A stretch of DNA of 64,000 bases from the NCBI RefSeq assembly GCF_006345805.1, contig NC_043001.1, forward strand, positions 92,690,001 through 92,754,000. Direction: 5' to 3'. This document shows positions 1 to 14,399 of this stretch, piece after piece. Origin of the DNA: Octopus sinensis. Taxonomy: Eukaryota. Made by a program: the position numbers and the translations under genes. The number at the start of each line of letters is the position of its first letter. Within the stretch, counting starts at the first letter, position 1. The notes under the pieces are model-generated. The model was not told the origin of the DNA, searched no databases, and worked only from the letters and a program-made list of their open reading frames with translations.

Positions 1-700
1 TTGTTTACTTTTCACTTTTTTTATAAAATGTTTCTCTAATCCTAAACAATATGTTGGATCATCTGCTATACATTGATAGAAGTGAAAAATCTTTTATTTT
101 TGTTCTTCCACAAATTTTTCTTAGTTTTGGATGGCATATTTTTTGTTTATGTTTCCTTGTCCACTCACACAGGGAGTTTCCAGTCTGGCCAATATAATTT
201 TCCTTGCTATCGGGACAGGTGATACAAGGATTCTGATTCTCTATTTTACAGTTCATGTCCACTTTAAAAATTTATTTCCGAACTAGTTTCCAATGGTTGT
301 AATTGCAAGTACTGCATCTGTTATCTCCACAGGTTTTCACAGGAAATTCAGAATTATTTTTGCTGAAATGAACATTGCCTTGCTAAGAAGTTTTTTGAGG
401 TTCTTAGGTTGACGCCTGCTGTTAAAGATTGGGTTTTGATGATTAAGTTTTTCATTTGTGCACATTGCAAAAGGATTGAGATTTGCTTTTATGGAGGTGA
501 ATATATTTGATACTCCTGGATTATGAATATTGATAGATAGAATTACATTTTCCACTATGTTTTGCTTTGGTGTTCTAGGTTGAGATATATCCAGTCTCAT
601 TAACTTTTAAATACAGTTGTCTGTTAGTTTTTAAGAGATATTTTTTTGTTGCATGAGAAAGCCTTTCAGTTCATACAGTCAAATTCTATTTCTATAGAGG
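1..700 (-). mobile_element. Penelope-like retroelement remnant (GIY-YIG endonuclease end)
   Basis: Frame-broken translation RQPKNLKKLLSKA, KTCGDNRCSTCN, CITCPDSKENYIGQTGNSL...HKQKI is typical of the PLE linker plus GIY-YIG domain. Confidence 0.8.
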
Positions 701-720
701 TGTCATACATGTATACATGC

Positions 721-774
<54 letters not shown>

Positions 775-798
775 ACATACACACACACACACACATAT

Positions 799-1060
799 AT
801 CATCATCCTTCTCATTTAATGTCAGTTCTCCATGCTGGCAGGGATTGGACAATTTGGCTGGCCAACTGGAGAGATGCCTGGCTCCACTTTGTCTGTTTTG
901 AAATGGTTTCTATGGCTGAATGCTCTTCCTAATGCCTGCATGTTTACACAGTGTACTGGCATTGGAATCAGCGTTTTCACATGGCACTGGTGATTTTATG
1001 TGGTACCAGTATGGACACTTTTACATGGCACTAGCAGCCATTGCCCCTGAAATGTCAGTC
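799..1060 (-). repeat. (ATG)n-tailed RTE-tail/SINE family copy; related copies at ~1287-1410, ~1660-1760, 20010-20311 (+), 20473-20800 (-)
   Basis: Shared motif catcatc..tttaatgtc..ttccatgctggca..tggctggatgcccttcctaatgccaaccac recurs in the window. Confidence 0.7.
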
Positions 1061-1224
1061 TGTTTATTGCAGGGTTAACCATTTACAGCTTTAAATGGAT
1101 AACTCTGAAGGTGGGTGGCATAATGCTTAGTGTGTTGCATTCATGATCACAAGATAAAGGTTTCAATTTCCAGGCAGGCAGTATTTTGTTCTTGAGCAAA
1201 CACTGCTCCAGACCACTCAGGTAT

Positions 1225-1259
<35 letters not shown>

Positions 1260-3129
1260 CATGCACAAATATACACAAACACACAGATCATCATCATCAT
1301 TAGTTAATGTCCATGTTCCATGATGGCATGAGTTCAATGGTTTGACAGGATCTGAGAAATCAAAGAACTGCATCATGCTCCAATGTCTGCTTTGGCAGTA
1401 CATGGATGGGATGCCAAATGCACTTTTGCTGAAGGACAAGAAGCCAAAGCCAAGAAACTGAATGAACACAAGGCTGAATGGATATAAGGTCAAATTGACA
1501 AAATGCCGAAAAGAAACGAAAATTAAAATTTAATCTCATGTGCCAAATTGGTGAATTGGTCATTAAACTATGTAAGTAGGAATGTTTTTTTTATTATTGT
1601 ATCTGGTCAGCTTTATGTCCATTCGGCTTCTTGTTCTTAAGCAAAAGTGTATTTGCCATCCTGTCCACGCATGGCTTTGGCATGGTTTCTAAAGCTGGAT
1701 AATCTTCCTAATGCCAACCACATTACAGTATATACTGGGTGCTTTTTTGTACAAATTGCACTACTGTGGTTTCATGCTGCTTGCAGACCTACAAACCCAG
1801 GGGAAATAGAGGATCAACTTCATACTAAGAGACAAGGGGTTAAATTGACAGAAGAGTGGTGAGGGAAGATCTTGTAAAGGATCTGCATGGCTACTCACAT
1901 TTAATAGAAGGGGAAAAAGAGAAAAGAAGCAGTAATAGCTGCAAAGAGATAGATAATGATGTGCCCAGGAGGTTTCACAGGGCACAAGATGAATTGAAAT
2001 GGGTGGGTGATTTGCAAGATTGTGGATGTTGCAGAAGATGAGGCAATGGGGAGACAAACTATAAAATTTGGGTAGAGTTGAAGGGTAGATGAACAATGAC
2101 CTATAAGATAGAGAAGGTAGAGGGGTGCAGAAGAGAGGGGATGCAAGTGACACACACACGTGAATACAAATACATATAAATAATTTATGTATATACACAT
2201 ATATGTACCTACATCTTTTTTTTTTATCTTTTATTGCTTACTTGTTTCAGCTAGTAAGCTGTGGCCATGCAGGGGCACTGTTATTGGTATTGTTACCCCT
2301 TTAAAAATCCACCTTTTTCAGCTGGCATTTAGTGAATGCAGGAGCTCAAAGTTGTTGCTCACATTTGTGTTTCTTACAATGACATGAACTCAACAAGAAT
2401 TCAAGATGGCAGAACATTCAGTTGTATTTTGAAGATGTCAATATCCACACCATATAGGTCTTTTAAGTCTTTCAATAGAATATTGAAAAGCTATGGGCCT
2501 TTGAACACTAAGCTATTGCAGTACCTGGTCCTAAATTTGAATGGTGAGAATGGAATCTTTGACACTATGCAGTGGCACCTTGTTTGAGGATTAACATGGC
2601 TAAACTTTGATGCAGCTCCTCCCAGCATATTCCAGATATATTACTACATATTTTCCTAACTTCACTCTTAGGAGTAGTCTTAACTTTTACAGCCTTTCTC
2701 AGTATCTGATCTGTTGCACTGAGGCATTCTTTTTTTGTGTAGCAGCATTAAATTGCTTGAAGTTCCACCATTAATTCTGTACAATATGGGGACCACAATT
2801 GGAAGAAATAATCTATATGGCTTAGGATAAATGTTCTCCTACATGCATTCATTTAAATATTCAAATATGTGTAAACATGTACATAAATATGTGTTTGTTT
2901 TTGTGTGTAGATATTTGTATATACCAAAACTTTTGCAGGTGAAGAATGAACTAAGCAACAGACATTCATGACTAGTGTCATCAGAGTCAGAGGTAGAAAG
3001 AGACAGAAATAAAAGATAATATAGAAACTAAAAACTCCTGCAAATGGAAACAGATTTAAAGAAATTCTAATTTATTCATGTGACTGTAAGGAAAAAAAAT
3101 TAGATACCTGTAGTATAGAATAATACAAT

Positions 3130-3845
3130 TCACAGTGCAGCTAAGGCTAAGAGAGAGGCTTCAAAAACACAGAAAGCAGTAGTAGGGAATGGTTAGAAGA
3201 GTATCTAGACAACAGGTATGCTTGGCTAAGGATGAGATAGAAATGAAGATATTCGCACATTTCCAGTAACATAAGAATCAGAGGCATGAAGTGTTCAGGA
3301 TTTTGAGATAGCATGTGAAAGAGAATGAGATGTCATTGTTGGGAAGTGTATTCAGAATTATGAAGGCATACTCACTATCAACAAGAAAGTAGCATGAAAA
3401 AGCAGTTATAAAAGACTGCTGAATGAGAAAAATGCATGGGATTAAGGGGTATTACCTCTACAGAGATGCCAGCAATTCATGTTGATAACAGTGTAGTGGA
3501 CAGAGCAAAAGCTGCAAGTTTCTCAGGAATAGTTACAGAAATACTCAAAATATCAGGTGAGGTAGGATACACAATTACCACCCAGATAGTTAATCAAGCC
3601 AAAGAAAGTGTAATGACTGACATAGCCATTTCATCATCAACTACTACAAAGACAAAGGAGATGTCTAATAGAGAGGAAATTATAGAGGAATCAAAGTAAT
3701 GGATCAGGTTATGATTGTCACAGAGAAAGTTATAGCCCACATAATCCATGACAGAGAAAAACTAGATGAGATGCAGTTTAACTTTGTGCTTGGAATAGGA
3801 TGCAATATTCCTGGTAAGACTACTGTAAAAGTACTTGACGAAGTA
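3130..3845 (+). mobile_element. degenerate RTE-clade LINE reverse transcriptase fragment
   Basis: KAASFSGIVTEILKISG, YKDKGD..RGNYRGIK, LDEMQFNFVLG resemble RTE RT N-terminal motifs; many stops and frameshifts. Confidence 0.7.
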
Positions 3846-3855
3846 TAAATCACTA

Positions 3856-4212
3856 TTAGTGGAATTTGTAGGCACGGCTGTTTGCTTCCCAGCCATGTAG
3901 TCTTGTGTGCAGCCTTGCTGCATGGCACCTTGAGATAGTATCTTCTACCACAACTCTGGGCCAACCAAAGCCTTGTAAGTGGATTTGTTAAGGTAAACTA
4001 AAAGAAACTTGTGCGTACATATGTATTTATATATGTGTATATTTGTCCCCCCACCTTTTTGACAACCAATGTTGATTTTGCCCCAACCCTGTAATATAGC
4101 AGTTTGTCAATAAATACCAGGCTTAAAAAAGTAAGTACTGGAATAAATTTGTTTGTTCAACCCCTTCAAGGCAGTGACAGCATGGCAACAGTCAAATGAC
4201 TGAAACAACCAA
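3856..4212 (+). repeat. tRNA-head SINE (family A) copy
   Basis: Similar to 23971-24366 (catggcaccttg..., ccaaagccttgt.agtggattt, cagtcaaatgactgaaaca). Confidence 0.75.
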
Positions 4213-4216
4213 TAAG

Positions 4217-4289
<73 letters not shown>

Positions 4290-4571
4290 TACATATACAT
4301 ACAGAGAGAGGAAGATTGAGAGATCTATAGCAAATGCACAAATGAAAAGTAAAAAATGTACAATGGATGCACAGACGAACAAACAAAAACGTATATTGAG
4401 TGCACAAACAGAGGGAAAACAGACACAGCCATTTGTGCACTAAATATACATTTTTCCATTTGTCTGTGCTTTCATTATATGTTTTTTACTTTTTGTTTGA
4501 GCATTTATTTTACATTTTTTCACATATCAGGTAATGGAATACAAAGCACCGTGGTTTTTATTAACAGTAGG

Positions 4572-4603
<32 letters not shown>

Positions 4604-4631
4604 ATGAATGCATGTGATATATATATATATA

Positions 4632-5030
4632 CAGGTGCATCATGGCTGTTTGGATAGATGCTGTCATAGCTGGGTGATAAGAATCTTGCTTCTCAACCAC
4701 ATGCTCCAGGGTTCATCCCCACTGTGTGGGATTTTGGTAAGTATTTTCTACAATAGCCTCAGACTGACCAAAGCCTTGTGAGTCGATTTGGTAGACAAAA
4801 ACTTAAAGAAGCCTGTTTTTTATAAATACATGTGTGTGTGTTTGTCCCCCCCCCCCACTGTCACTTGACGACTGGTGTTGGTGTGCTTACATCTCTATAA
4901 TCTAGTGGTTCAGCAAAAGAGACCGATAGAATATGTACCAGGTTTAAAAATAGACAAGTACCTGGGGTCAATTCATTTCACTAAAAATTTTTCAAGGCAG
5001 TGCTCCAGCATGGTTGCAGTCTAATTGCAG
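4632..5030 (+). repeat. tRNA-head SINE (family A) copy
   Basis: B-box-like gggttcatccc, gaccaaagccttgtgagt, gcaaaagagaccgatagaat, gtgctccagcatgg, all shared with 23971-24366. Confidence 0.8.
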
Positions 5031-5064
5031 CCTAATTAAATTGCAGTCTAATTAAATATAAATG

Positions 5065-5103
<39 letters not shown>

Positions 5104-6430
5104 AGCATGGAGGAAACTGTTAATATAAATGTGACTGAAATAAAATTAAGTCACGGGTCCATATAATAAAACAGAAATCAACAATTACATATATTTATTC
5201 ATAATGAACAAGAACACAGTCGCCATCATGTCACTACAACTTTAACACATTTTTTGCCTTTTATACTTTTTAATATATGGTTGAAATCATTACATTGGGG
5301 CCATGCTGCAGTACTGCTTTCCTAGTTAAATTGATTACAACAACCTTTAATACTTATTTGATTCAGATATTTATCTCATCCATCCCTATTTATTCAAGTT
5401 CTAACTTACTGGACATGAAGAGACACCAAGTGAAACTACACTGGTTTTTATTTCATAAACACACATAGTAAGTCTCGCTCTCTCTCTCACACACACACAC
5501 ACACAGAGGACTTGTGAATAGTTTATCTTTACCAAATTCCACTCACAAATATTTCCCCACCAAAGGCTTCAGTAGAAGACACTTGCCCAAGGTACATAGC
5601 TAGATTAAATCTGAAACCACATGGCTAAAAAGCAAACTTCTTAAACACACTGCTACACCTATGTCTTATCTGTCTACCTCTGTGTTTATGTATGTACGTA
5701 TGAATGTATGTATATACATATACACATGTGCATGTGAAGAGAAAAGTTTTTATAATGCTATCAAAACGTCACAAAATCTATTTCAATTTTTCTTGTCTAT
5801 TTTCATTGAACATTATCATGAGGATGGTATAAATCACTCGCACACACAAACCAAACACAAGAAATATCATTATCTGTACATTTGTTTCATTTTCTCTTGC
5901 TTAATTACAAACAAAAAATAAGCATAGTGGAAAATTATATATGCTTACAAAATGACTGAATAGTGTGTTTCAATGTATTGTTACATGTGAGTTTTCTCCC
6001 TTCTTACCTCTTATTTGCCAAGCCTGCACAATTACACACACGAAATTTCCACATACATGATGTTATATGTCTCTTAAATCCTCCGTGACATAGCAAGAGT
6101 ACTTTTCTAAAATTATCAACAAAAAAACTCATCAAGAGAAAATTATGCAGAAAATTCTTTTAGTCTATGTTTCACATAAATATGTTCGTAAAAGATTTCA
6201 TATTCTTTATACAGGGAGATAACTCTGATGGTACAAGCTGTAAGAAGCTTATCCTATACAGGGATTCATGAAGAAAGACAACTCTGCACAGAACATGCTC
6301 TCAGAACATTTTAAGAGGAGACAACTCTAATCTACCGCAGAGATCCGTTCTGATGACTCAGTGTCATACCACTGGTTTAACTTGATAATTCAGCAGTTGA
6401 ATTCCTCCTAAAAGATTTGTTAAAACACAC

Positions 6431-6477
6431 TTAACTTCTACCGATATGCTGCAATGATAAAACTTCAACCTTCATTT
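6431..6477 (-). CDS. candidate alternative exon after FN3 (terminal with stop, or 36-nt cassette 6442-6477)
   Basis: Strong acceptor gtcttctttctttcctcAG. In phase 1 it reads (E)MKVEVLSLQHIGRS*. A weak internal donor CG|GTAGAA would give a symmetric 36-nt exon. Confidence 0.3.
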
Positions 6478-7476
6478 CTGAGGAAAGAAAGAAGACTACA
6501 AAACAAGGATTATCATTTCAGTTGAAAACTTCTCTCAAAAGCTGGTGTACAAAGTAAATGTCTAAATCAGTGTTTATACAGAAACATTAATATTACCATT
6601 GCAATGACTGTCAACTGAGTGAGAAGGTGACTTTATTTCAGATTTTGAGAGGCTAAAGTATCAAAGAGAGACATGCATAGGTGTCTTGCTATAGAAGTGA
6701 TAATGACTACCTCACATTGCATAGCAATAAATGGGAATAACAAGAAAGAAGATATTAGTGATGAGCATATTCTCAATGTATAAGTAGATAAGTAGTGACA
6801 GATGTTTTGAGAGTGACTAGAGGCGAATGTGGTGAATATTGTACAAGGGTAAAGGTGTGGTCAATGGTTAATTTCAGTAAGGAGGAGAATGTAATAAGTG
6901 GCAGTACAGGAAGGTTGGATAGCAGCAGAATAATAAACCTGTAGACATATCAGAAAATAGGGATTTTATGTACAGGTTGGGAAGGTGTAGGGAGAGAGAG
7001 ATATACAGGGAGAAAGATGGAGGCCAAAGGTATGTGCGAGTACAAAAGTAGCAGATATGATGGAGTGATGGTAGATATGAGAGGCTGCTAAAGATGAGAT
7101 ATGACAGCCCAAAAATCTAAGGCACACAAAGGGATGATGAGTGGAAAGGGATGTATTTGGAAGTGATTCCAGGGAGATAAGGAGATAACTGGTAGCACAA
7201 ATGAAATAAAATATATGCTGATTTTTCTATTACATGATTACAGCAGCTGAATAGTACCATTTAGAGTGACAGAAGCATGGGCATTAGGAAGATGTAAAGT
7301 GGGAAAAGCTTGACTGGGATGGGGCCCTGTGAGTGTATGGACATAAATATCTAAGGCCACAATTATATGGTGAGAGACATGTCTTATTGAGCACAGCAAA
7401 GTGCCAATAATTTCAGTCCTTTGTCATTTCCACCATGAGGTTCAACATGTCTTTGTATATGTACGTTTCATATATG

Positions 7477-8721
7477 TGAGGGTAGACTGAAAAGTTCATA
7501 GACTACCTAGGAAGAAGTGAGATGTGAAATCTTGCAGGCATTAATTTCAACTCTTCTTATTTATAACTACATTGCTTTTTTCCGAGTAAACTGTAATCTG
7601 ACTGTTCAGGGAAGACTTTGTAAGTAACTAGAAACAATTCTCTTGAAAATGGACAAAATTTGGCTTCATGGTATTATTAAGAACCTGCAGAAAAATGGCT
7701 TAGCTCCCTCCCCCAATGACATTCATACTGATATAGTTACTATATTAGGATATGATGCTCCAGCTTTATCAGCAGTGCAAAGGTGGGCAGCTGAATTTAG
7801 GAAGGGATGAGAGAATTTTGAAAATGATCCAAAGTCTGGACGTCCAACAACTGCCACCACATATTCATCAAATATTGACGGATGACAAGCAATTGACTTT
7901 AAATCAAATAGCGAATGCTAGTAGTATGTCCTATGGGAGAGTAGAAAATATTGTGCACAATGAACTTAACATGAGGAAGGTTTCTGCTTGGTAGGGGCTT
8001 TGTTTTCTGACACTTGATCAAAGCACAACAGGCTGATCACATCACAGGAAAATATGGCACTGCTTCAGCCAGATTCAGCTGGTTTCTTTGAAAGTTTCCT
8101 AACCCAGGGTGAGTGTTCATCACTTTGAGTCAGAAATAGAGATAATCATGCAGTGAAAACATCCCTCCTCACTGCTCCAAAGAAGGTCATGGTCGTTTCA
8201 TCTGCAGTGAAAGTGTTGACCTAAGTGTTTTTGAATGCAAAAGGCATTGTATTTCCTGACTATCTTCAAAAGAGCCACACCATCAGTGGAGAGTACTATG
8301 CCAACTTGCTGTGGCAGTTATGAAAGGCTATCAAGACAAAAATCCCAGGAAAACTGGCAAAAGACATCTTGTTTCATCAGGACAATGCTCTAGCACACAA
8401 GCCCTTGGTTTCATTGATTGCTGTGCAAGACTGGTTTTGATCTGGTTGACCACAATCCCTATTCTAATTTGGCCCCATTTGACTGCATCTGTTACCCAAC
8501 ATGAAGAAGCACTTGGCTGGGAACCAGTATCACAGTGATAATGAAGTCATATTTGTTATTGATGACTTTTTTGATGAACAGGATGAAAGCTTCTTCACCA
8601 ATGGGGTCTAAGCACTGCAACAATGATAGAAGTGTGTGGACTATGTTACAAAATAAACCACATTTGGTCATATTCCGTGAGAGTATCTTGGTCAGACTCT
8701 GAACTTTTCAGGTGACCCTTG
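7477..8721 (+). mobile_element. mariner transposon (irritans/Himar1-like), near full length, pseudogenised transposase
   Basis: TIRs (t)gagggtagactgaaaagttca / tgaacttttcaggtgacccttg followed by TA. Transposase fragments APALSAVQRWAAEFRKG, DPKSGRP, LNMRKVSAW, FHQDNA, PYSNLAPFD, LPNMKKHLAG. Length ~1.25 kb. Confidence 0.9.
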
Positions 8722-8747
8722 TATATCTGTGCATGTGTGTGTATATA

Positions 8748-10014
8748 CAGGAGTTTCAGGATACACATGACTATTTTTTATGTTGCCTTTTTTTTCAAGA
8801 ATGGCTTGATGTATTGGTGAATAGTCAATAGCATTAGAGAGTATAAAGATTAAAATTGTAATTGAGAAAAAATTGGCTGATTTGGAGGACTGGAAGCCAT
8901 CTGGATATTGGAAAAGAGTTACCTGTATCATAATGATCTGTGCAAGATTATCAAAATGCTGACATCACGACTGCTGCTCAATGCTTTGTTAACATTATAA
9001 AGAATGCAAGACATGACATGGAAAGCTGCAACAGAGACTACACAGCCGTGGCCAGCAGGAAGGGAACACAACAAGCATTTTGACTGCATCTGTATGCTGG
9101 AATTCATCCAATAACTGCAGGACAAGGTGATGGAAGAACTGATCATGGGAATCCAGGCTTTGATGAGTGAGATGGGTGTTAGAGTCACCCTTATGAAACT
9201 GACCCTAAATGTGTACCTTCAATATCACGCATAGCACAAGGGACAAATTTTGACAGCCAAGGCTAAGGGGAACCACTTAACAAGGCAAAGAAGCTCCTGA
9301 ATAAATTGAGGCATACTGCTGAGCCAGGGATGATTTGGTTCTACTCAGATGAAAAGAACTTCTGCCAAGATCAGTTATACAATACCCAGAACAACATATG
9401 GCTTACACACAAACCATGTGATGTCTCATATAATGAAAACCAAGTCCCCCCAAAGCATGATAATCTTTGGTTAGGTTTCCAGTGAGTCTAACATCATGCT
9501 ACTTCACATCTTTGAACAGGACCTTAGGCTCAATTCAGATGGTTATGTGAAGCTACTGGAGACTGTGGTAAACTTTGGTTCGTGAGGGTACTGCTGGAAG
9601 GTCATATGTGTGGCAGCAGGATTCAGCTCCTTGCTATACCTTCACTACGACTTCACTAACTCTAATTTCTGTTCTCCTAATTCACCCAATTTTAATCCCA
9701 TAGATTATTAAGTGTGGGGTGCAGTTGAGAAAGACATTGCCTGTTCTGTTTGTAACACCAAGACCAAGCTGATGGGCAAGATCAAGGAGGTGTTCGAAGA
9801 TTTTCCCAAGGGCACAGTCAGGAATACATATACCAGGTTCTGGAGAACTTTTCAGGCCACGGTGGAAGCTGAAGACAGCTACTTTTAGTAAACTGTTATC
9901 TCCCGGCCATAATCTAGTTGATATTTTTTGGTTATTTGGAATACTTTTATTTTTGGATGGAGTATTGTTCTTTTTTCTTTTTATGCAAACTGTCAAATTT
10001 ATCTGAAAACACAG
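8748..10014 (+). mobile_element. Tc1/mariner maT (DD37D-type) transposon, degenerate
   Basis: FYSDEKNFCQDQ, VWQQDSAP, SPNFNPIDY.VWG motifs. Imperfect TIRs caggagtttcaggatac / gtcaaatttatctgaaaacacag. Confidence 0.82.
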
Positions 10015-10091
10015 GGTGTGTGTGTGGGGGGTGCATGCGATGCATGTATAGATACACACACACACACACAATATATATATATATATGAAAA

Positions 10092-10310
10092 GGTATGTGG
10101 CCCAGTGATTAGGGTACTGTATTCATGACTGTAAGATTGTGTTTTTGATTCCTAAATTGGGTAATGTGTTGTGTTCTTGAGCAAAACACTACACTTGACA
10201 TTGCTCTAGTGCACTCAGCTAGCAAAGATGGGTGATCCTGCCACAGACCAGTGTCCTGTCCCAGAATCTGGGAAAGCATCCTTCTGAGACTATGGCTCAG
10301 GAAGGACTTT
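10092..10310 (+). repeat. SINE head with central conserved domain (family C); similar copy ~1110-1220
   Basis: gtggcccagtgattagg A-box-like start; gtgttgtgttcttgagcaaaacact...cactcagc core is shared between the copies. Confidence 0.5.
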
Positions 10311-11358
10311 TGGTCTATATATATATAAGAGGGTCATTTTAACTTCACACAGTGACATGAATATTATTTTTGCTCTCATTTATTTCTTATTAAAAATTAT
10401 TGTCTACTATGAATACTATGAATTGTCTAAATGATATAGTGGAATTTTTTCATGGCCATGTAGCAGAAGTGCAACAAAAGTTTTTCATAGTTCACGGTAG
10501 GTAATTCTATGAAGAAATAAATGAAAGTGAAACTAAAAGATTTTGTTTGAGCTTAAATGGTTAAATAATCTTTCAAGGATGTAACTATCATTTCTCTTTG
10601 CATCAACACAATTTTTAAGAATGAGATTCTCCAGCCAAAACTGTCTGCTTATGGTCTCCATCTGGTTATTAACTCTTTGATGCTAGGCTTCCAACTAGAT
10701 TGCAAAATCACAATGTGTGTTTGTGGACTCCTCTGTGATACACTCTCTATCAATTCTGGTGAGTCCCATTCTTTTGAGAATTTTAACAATTTTTCTCTAA
10801 GTAGGTTTTCAATAACCTACTTTTAGTCAACTCCAACATCCCCTAATTCAAAGCATAAGATACCACCACCCTGTATTTCTCTGTAACCTTCTGCAGCTAA
10901 GTATCATCAACATGTAACCTAGACAATTCATATGAATTTTGCAATGACTTCTTGAACAGAGGCTTTCAAAACATCCTGCAATGATGGACTACCAATTTTG
11001 TTCTATTTAATAGCAAAAAGGACAAAATCATTGCATATATTAAAAAGCAAAACAAAAAGAAAACCCACGCACACATACCAAAACAAAATAACATGAAAGC
11101 ACCATACAAGAGGCCTCACAAATACGATTGCTGGCTATACTATCACTGCAGATCTTTTCTGGCAAACACATATTATATATATATAGTGGTAAGGTTAAGA
11201 AGTTTGATTTGCCACCACAAGATTCTGGATATTATTTAAATACATGGCACTTAAGGTAAATGTTTTTATCACAGCCTCAGATCAACCAAATCCTTGCAAA
11301 TTATATTTGGTAGAAAAAGCTATTTAACTATCTAGTTACCTACCTGTCAATATGTATA

Positions 11359-11413
<55 letters not shown>

Positions 11414-12004
11414 ATACACACATACACACAGATTCTCACACACACATACACACAGACACACACACTCATATCATTGACTAAATTCACCAAATTTTTTGCT
11501 GCATTCCTTTTGTTTTGTTGATTTTTCCACTTGTAATCCTCCAAGGTCAATAAAATAACAACAGACTAAATACTGTGGTTGATATAAAACTCTTGAATGT
11601 GGTGTAGTGATCTGAATACATTCTAATGAAAGAAAACAGTAATATATATATATATTACACATATGTATAAAGGCTCCTTCCTCTCTCTATCATACACACA
11701 GAAACTTACACACAAACAAACACACTGTGCTTCATCGTGTGTGTATAGATTTATATACAGAGTTATAAGTGTCATGTAGCAAAGATTTCTATTCCTATAT
11801 GAAGTAATACAGAAAAGATAAGGACAGTACATGTGAGAGAGCGACAGAGAAATATTAATATTCATCAATTTTTTTTTGCTATTCTGTATATGTAATATGT
11901 ATATAATAACAAAGTGAGAGGAAGAGACAGGAGGACGAGAAAGAACCTCTAAGAGTTAACCTACCATAAATGAAACAGCCAAAATGAATTTTAAAGCAAT
12001 AATG

Positions 12005-12120
12005 ATATATATATATATATTGAGAGAGAGTGAGAGATACATATATATGGATATACATATGAATGTATACATATACATAAATATATATATATATATATAT
12101 ATCTATATACATATATATAC

Positions 12121-12184
<64 letters not shown>

Positions 12185-12221
12185 TGCATACATATACATG
12201 TGTGTATATATATACACATAC

Positions 12222-12266
<45 letters not shown>

Positions 12267-12587
12267 ATATATACATAAATATACATATATATTTAAATAT
12301 ATGCATAAATATACATATATATATACATATACACATATGCATATATATACATATATATATATACACACATATGCATACATTAATATATACACACACACAC
12401 ACACATATATATATATAACATACATATATATATACATATATATATATACATACAGATATATATATACATATATATACATACAGATATATATATACATATA
12501 TATATATGTATATATATACATATATATATATATATTATAATATATATATACATATACATATATATATATATACATATACATATACAT

Positions 12588-12629
<42 letters not shown>

Positions 12630-12676
12630 ATATACATATATATGTATATACATAGATATATACATATATATATACA

Positions 12677-12739
<63 letters not shown>

Positions 12740-13510
12740 TACATAGATATATACATTATATATACATGTATAATATATTATATATATAATATATAATATA
12801 TATATACACATGTACATGTATATATATAATATATATATACATGTGTATATATATAATATATATATACATGTGTATATAATATATATACATATGTATATAT
12901 ATATACACATATATATATATACATATAGATATATATATATATATATTATATATATATATATATACACATGTATATATATATGTATAATATATATATATAT
13001 ATATACACATATATATATATATACGTATATATATATATATAATATATACACATATATATATATACGTATATATATCTATATATATATATAACATGTATAT
13101 ATAATATATATATATACATATATATACATATATATAATATATATATAGATATATATATAACATGTATATATTAATATATATATACATGTATTATATATAT
13201 ATGTATATATTGTGTATATATATACATACATACTATATATATATACATGTATATATATATATGTATATATATGTGTATATATATACATACATATATATAT
13301 ACATGTATATATATATACATGTATATATATACACATATATATATATACATGTATATATATACACATATATATATATACATGTATATATATACACATATAT
13401 ATACATATATATATATATATATAATATATACATATATATATATTTATATGCATATATATATGTATATATTTTATGTATAAATATGTATATATTTATATGT
13501 ATCTATATAC

Positions 13511-13555
<45 letters not shown>

Positions 13556-13640
13556 CATACATATATATATATACATACATACACATATATACATATATGT
13601 ATATACATAAATACATATACATATCTATATATATACATAC

Positions 13641-13671
<31 letters not shown>

Positions 13672-13834
13672 ATAATAATATTAGGGATAAATCCAATTTA
13701 CAGGGAAAAAAATCAGATTTAGGATTAAATCCAATTTATAGTAAATATTATAAAATATTATTTGAGACAAAACCACTATTAAAACTTTCCTTGTTTGTTT
13801 TGCAAAATAGTGGTTTTGTCTCAAATAATATTTT

Positions 13835-13932
<98 letters not shown>

Positions 13933-13959
13933 AATATAATATATATCTATATATATACA

Positions 13960-13995
<36 letters not shown>

Positions 13996-14047
13996 ACATA
14001 CATATATATATATATATATATAATATAATATATATATATATATATTA

Positions 14048-14106
<59 letters not shown>

Positions 14107-14110
14107 TACA

Positions 14111-14151
<41 letters not shown>

Positions 14152-14152
14152 T

Positions 14153-14228
<76 letters not shown>

Positions 14229-14295
14229 CATATATATATAGATTATATATCTATATATCATATATATAATACATATATATATATAGATATATAAT

Positions 14296-14341
<46 letters not shown>

Positions 14342-14343
14342 AT

Positions 14344-14397
<54 letters not shown>
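12005..14397. repeat. ~2.4 kb degenerate (TA)n/(TACA)n microsatellite with a short unique insert at 13680-13840
   Basis: Directly visible; it is the source of the many spurious YI-repeat ORFs. Confidence 0.97.

Positions 14398-14399
<2 letters not shown>

Noticed and set aside
6008-6023. Possible 16-nt exon tgcAG|GCTTGGCAAATAAGAG|GTAAGA
   Set aside because: No pyrimidine tract, length not divisible by 3, no recognisable peptide.
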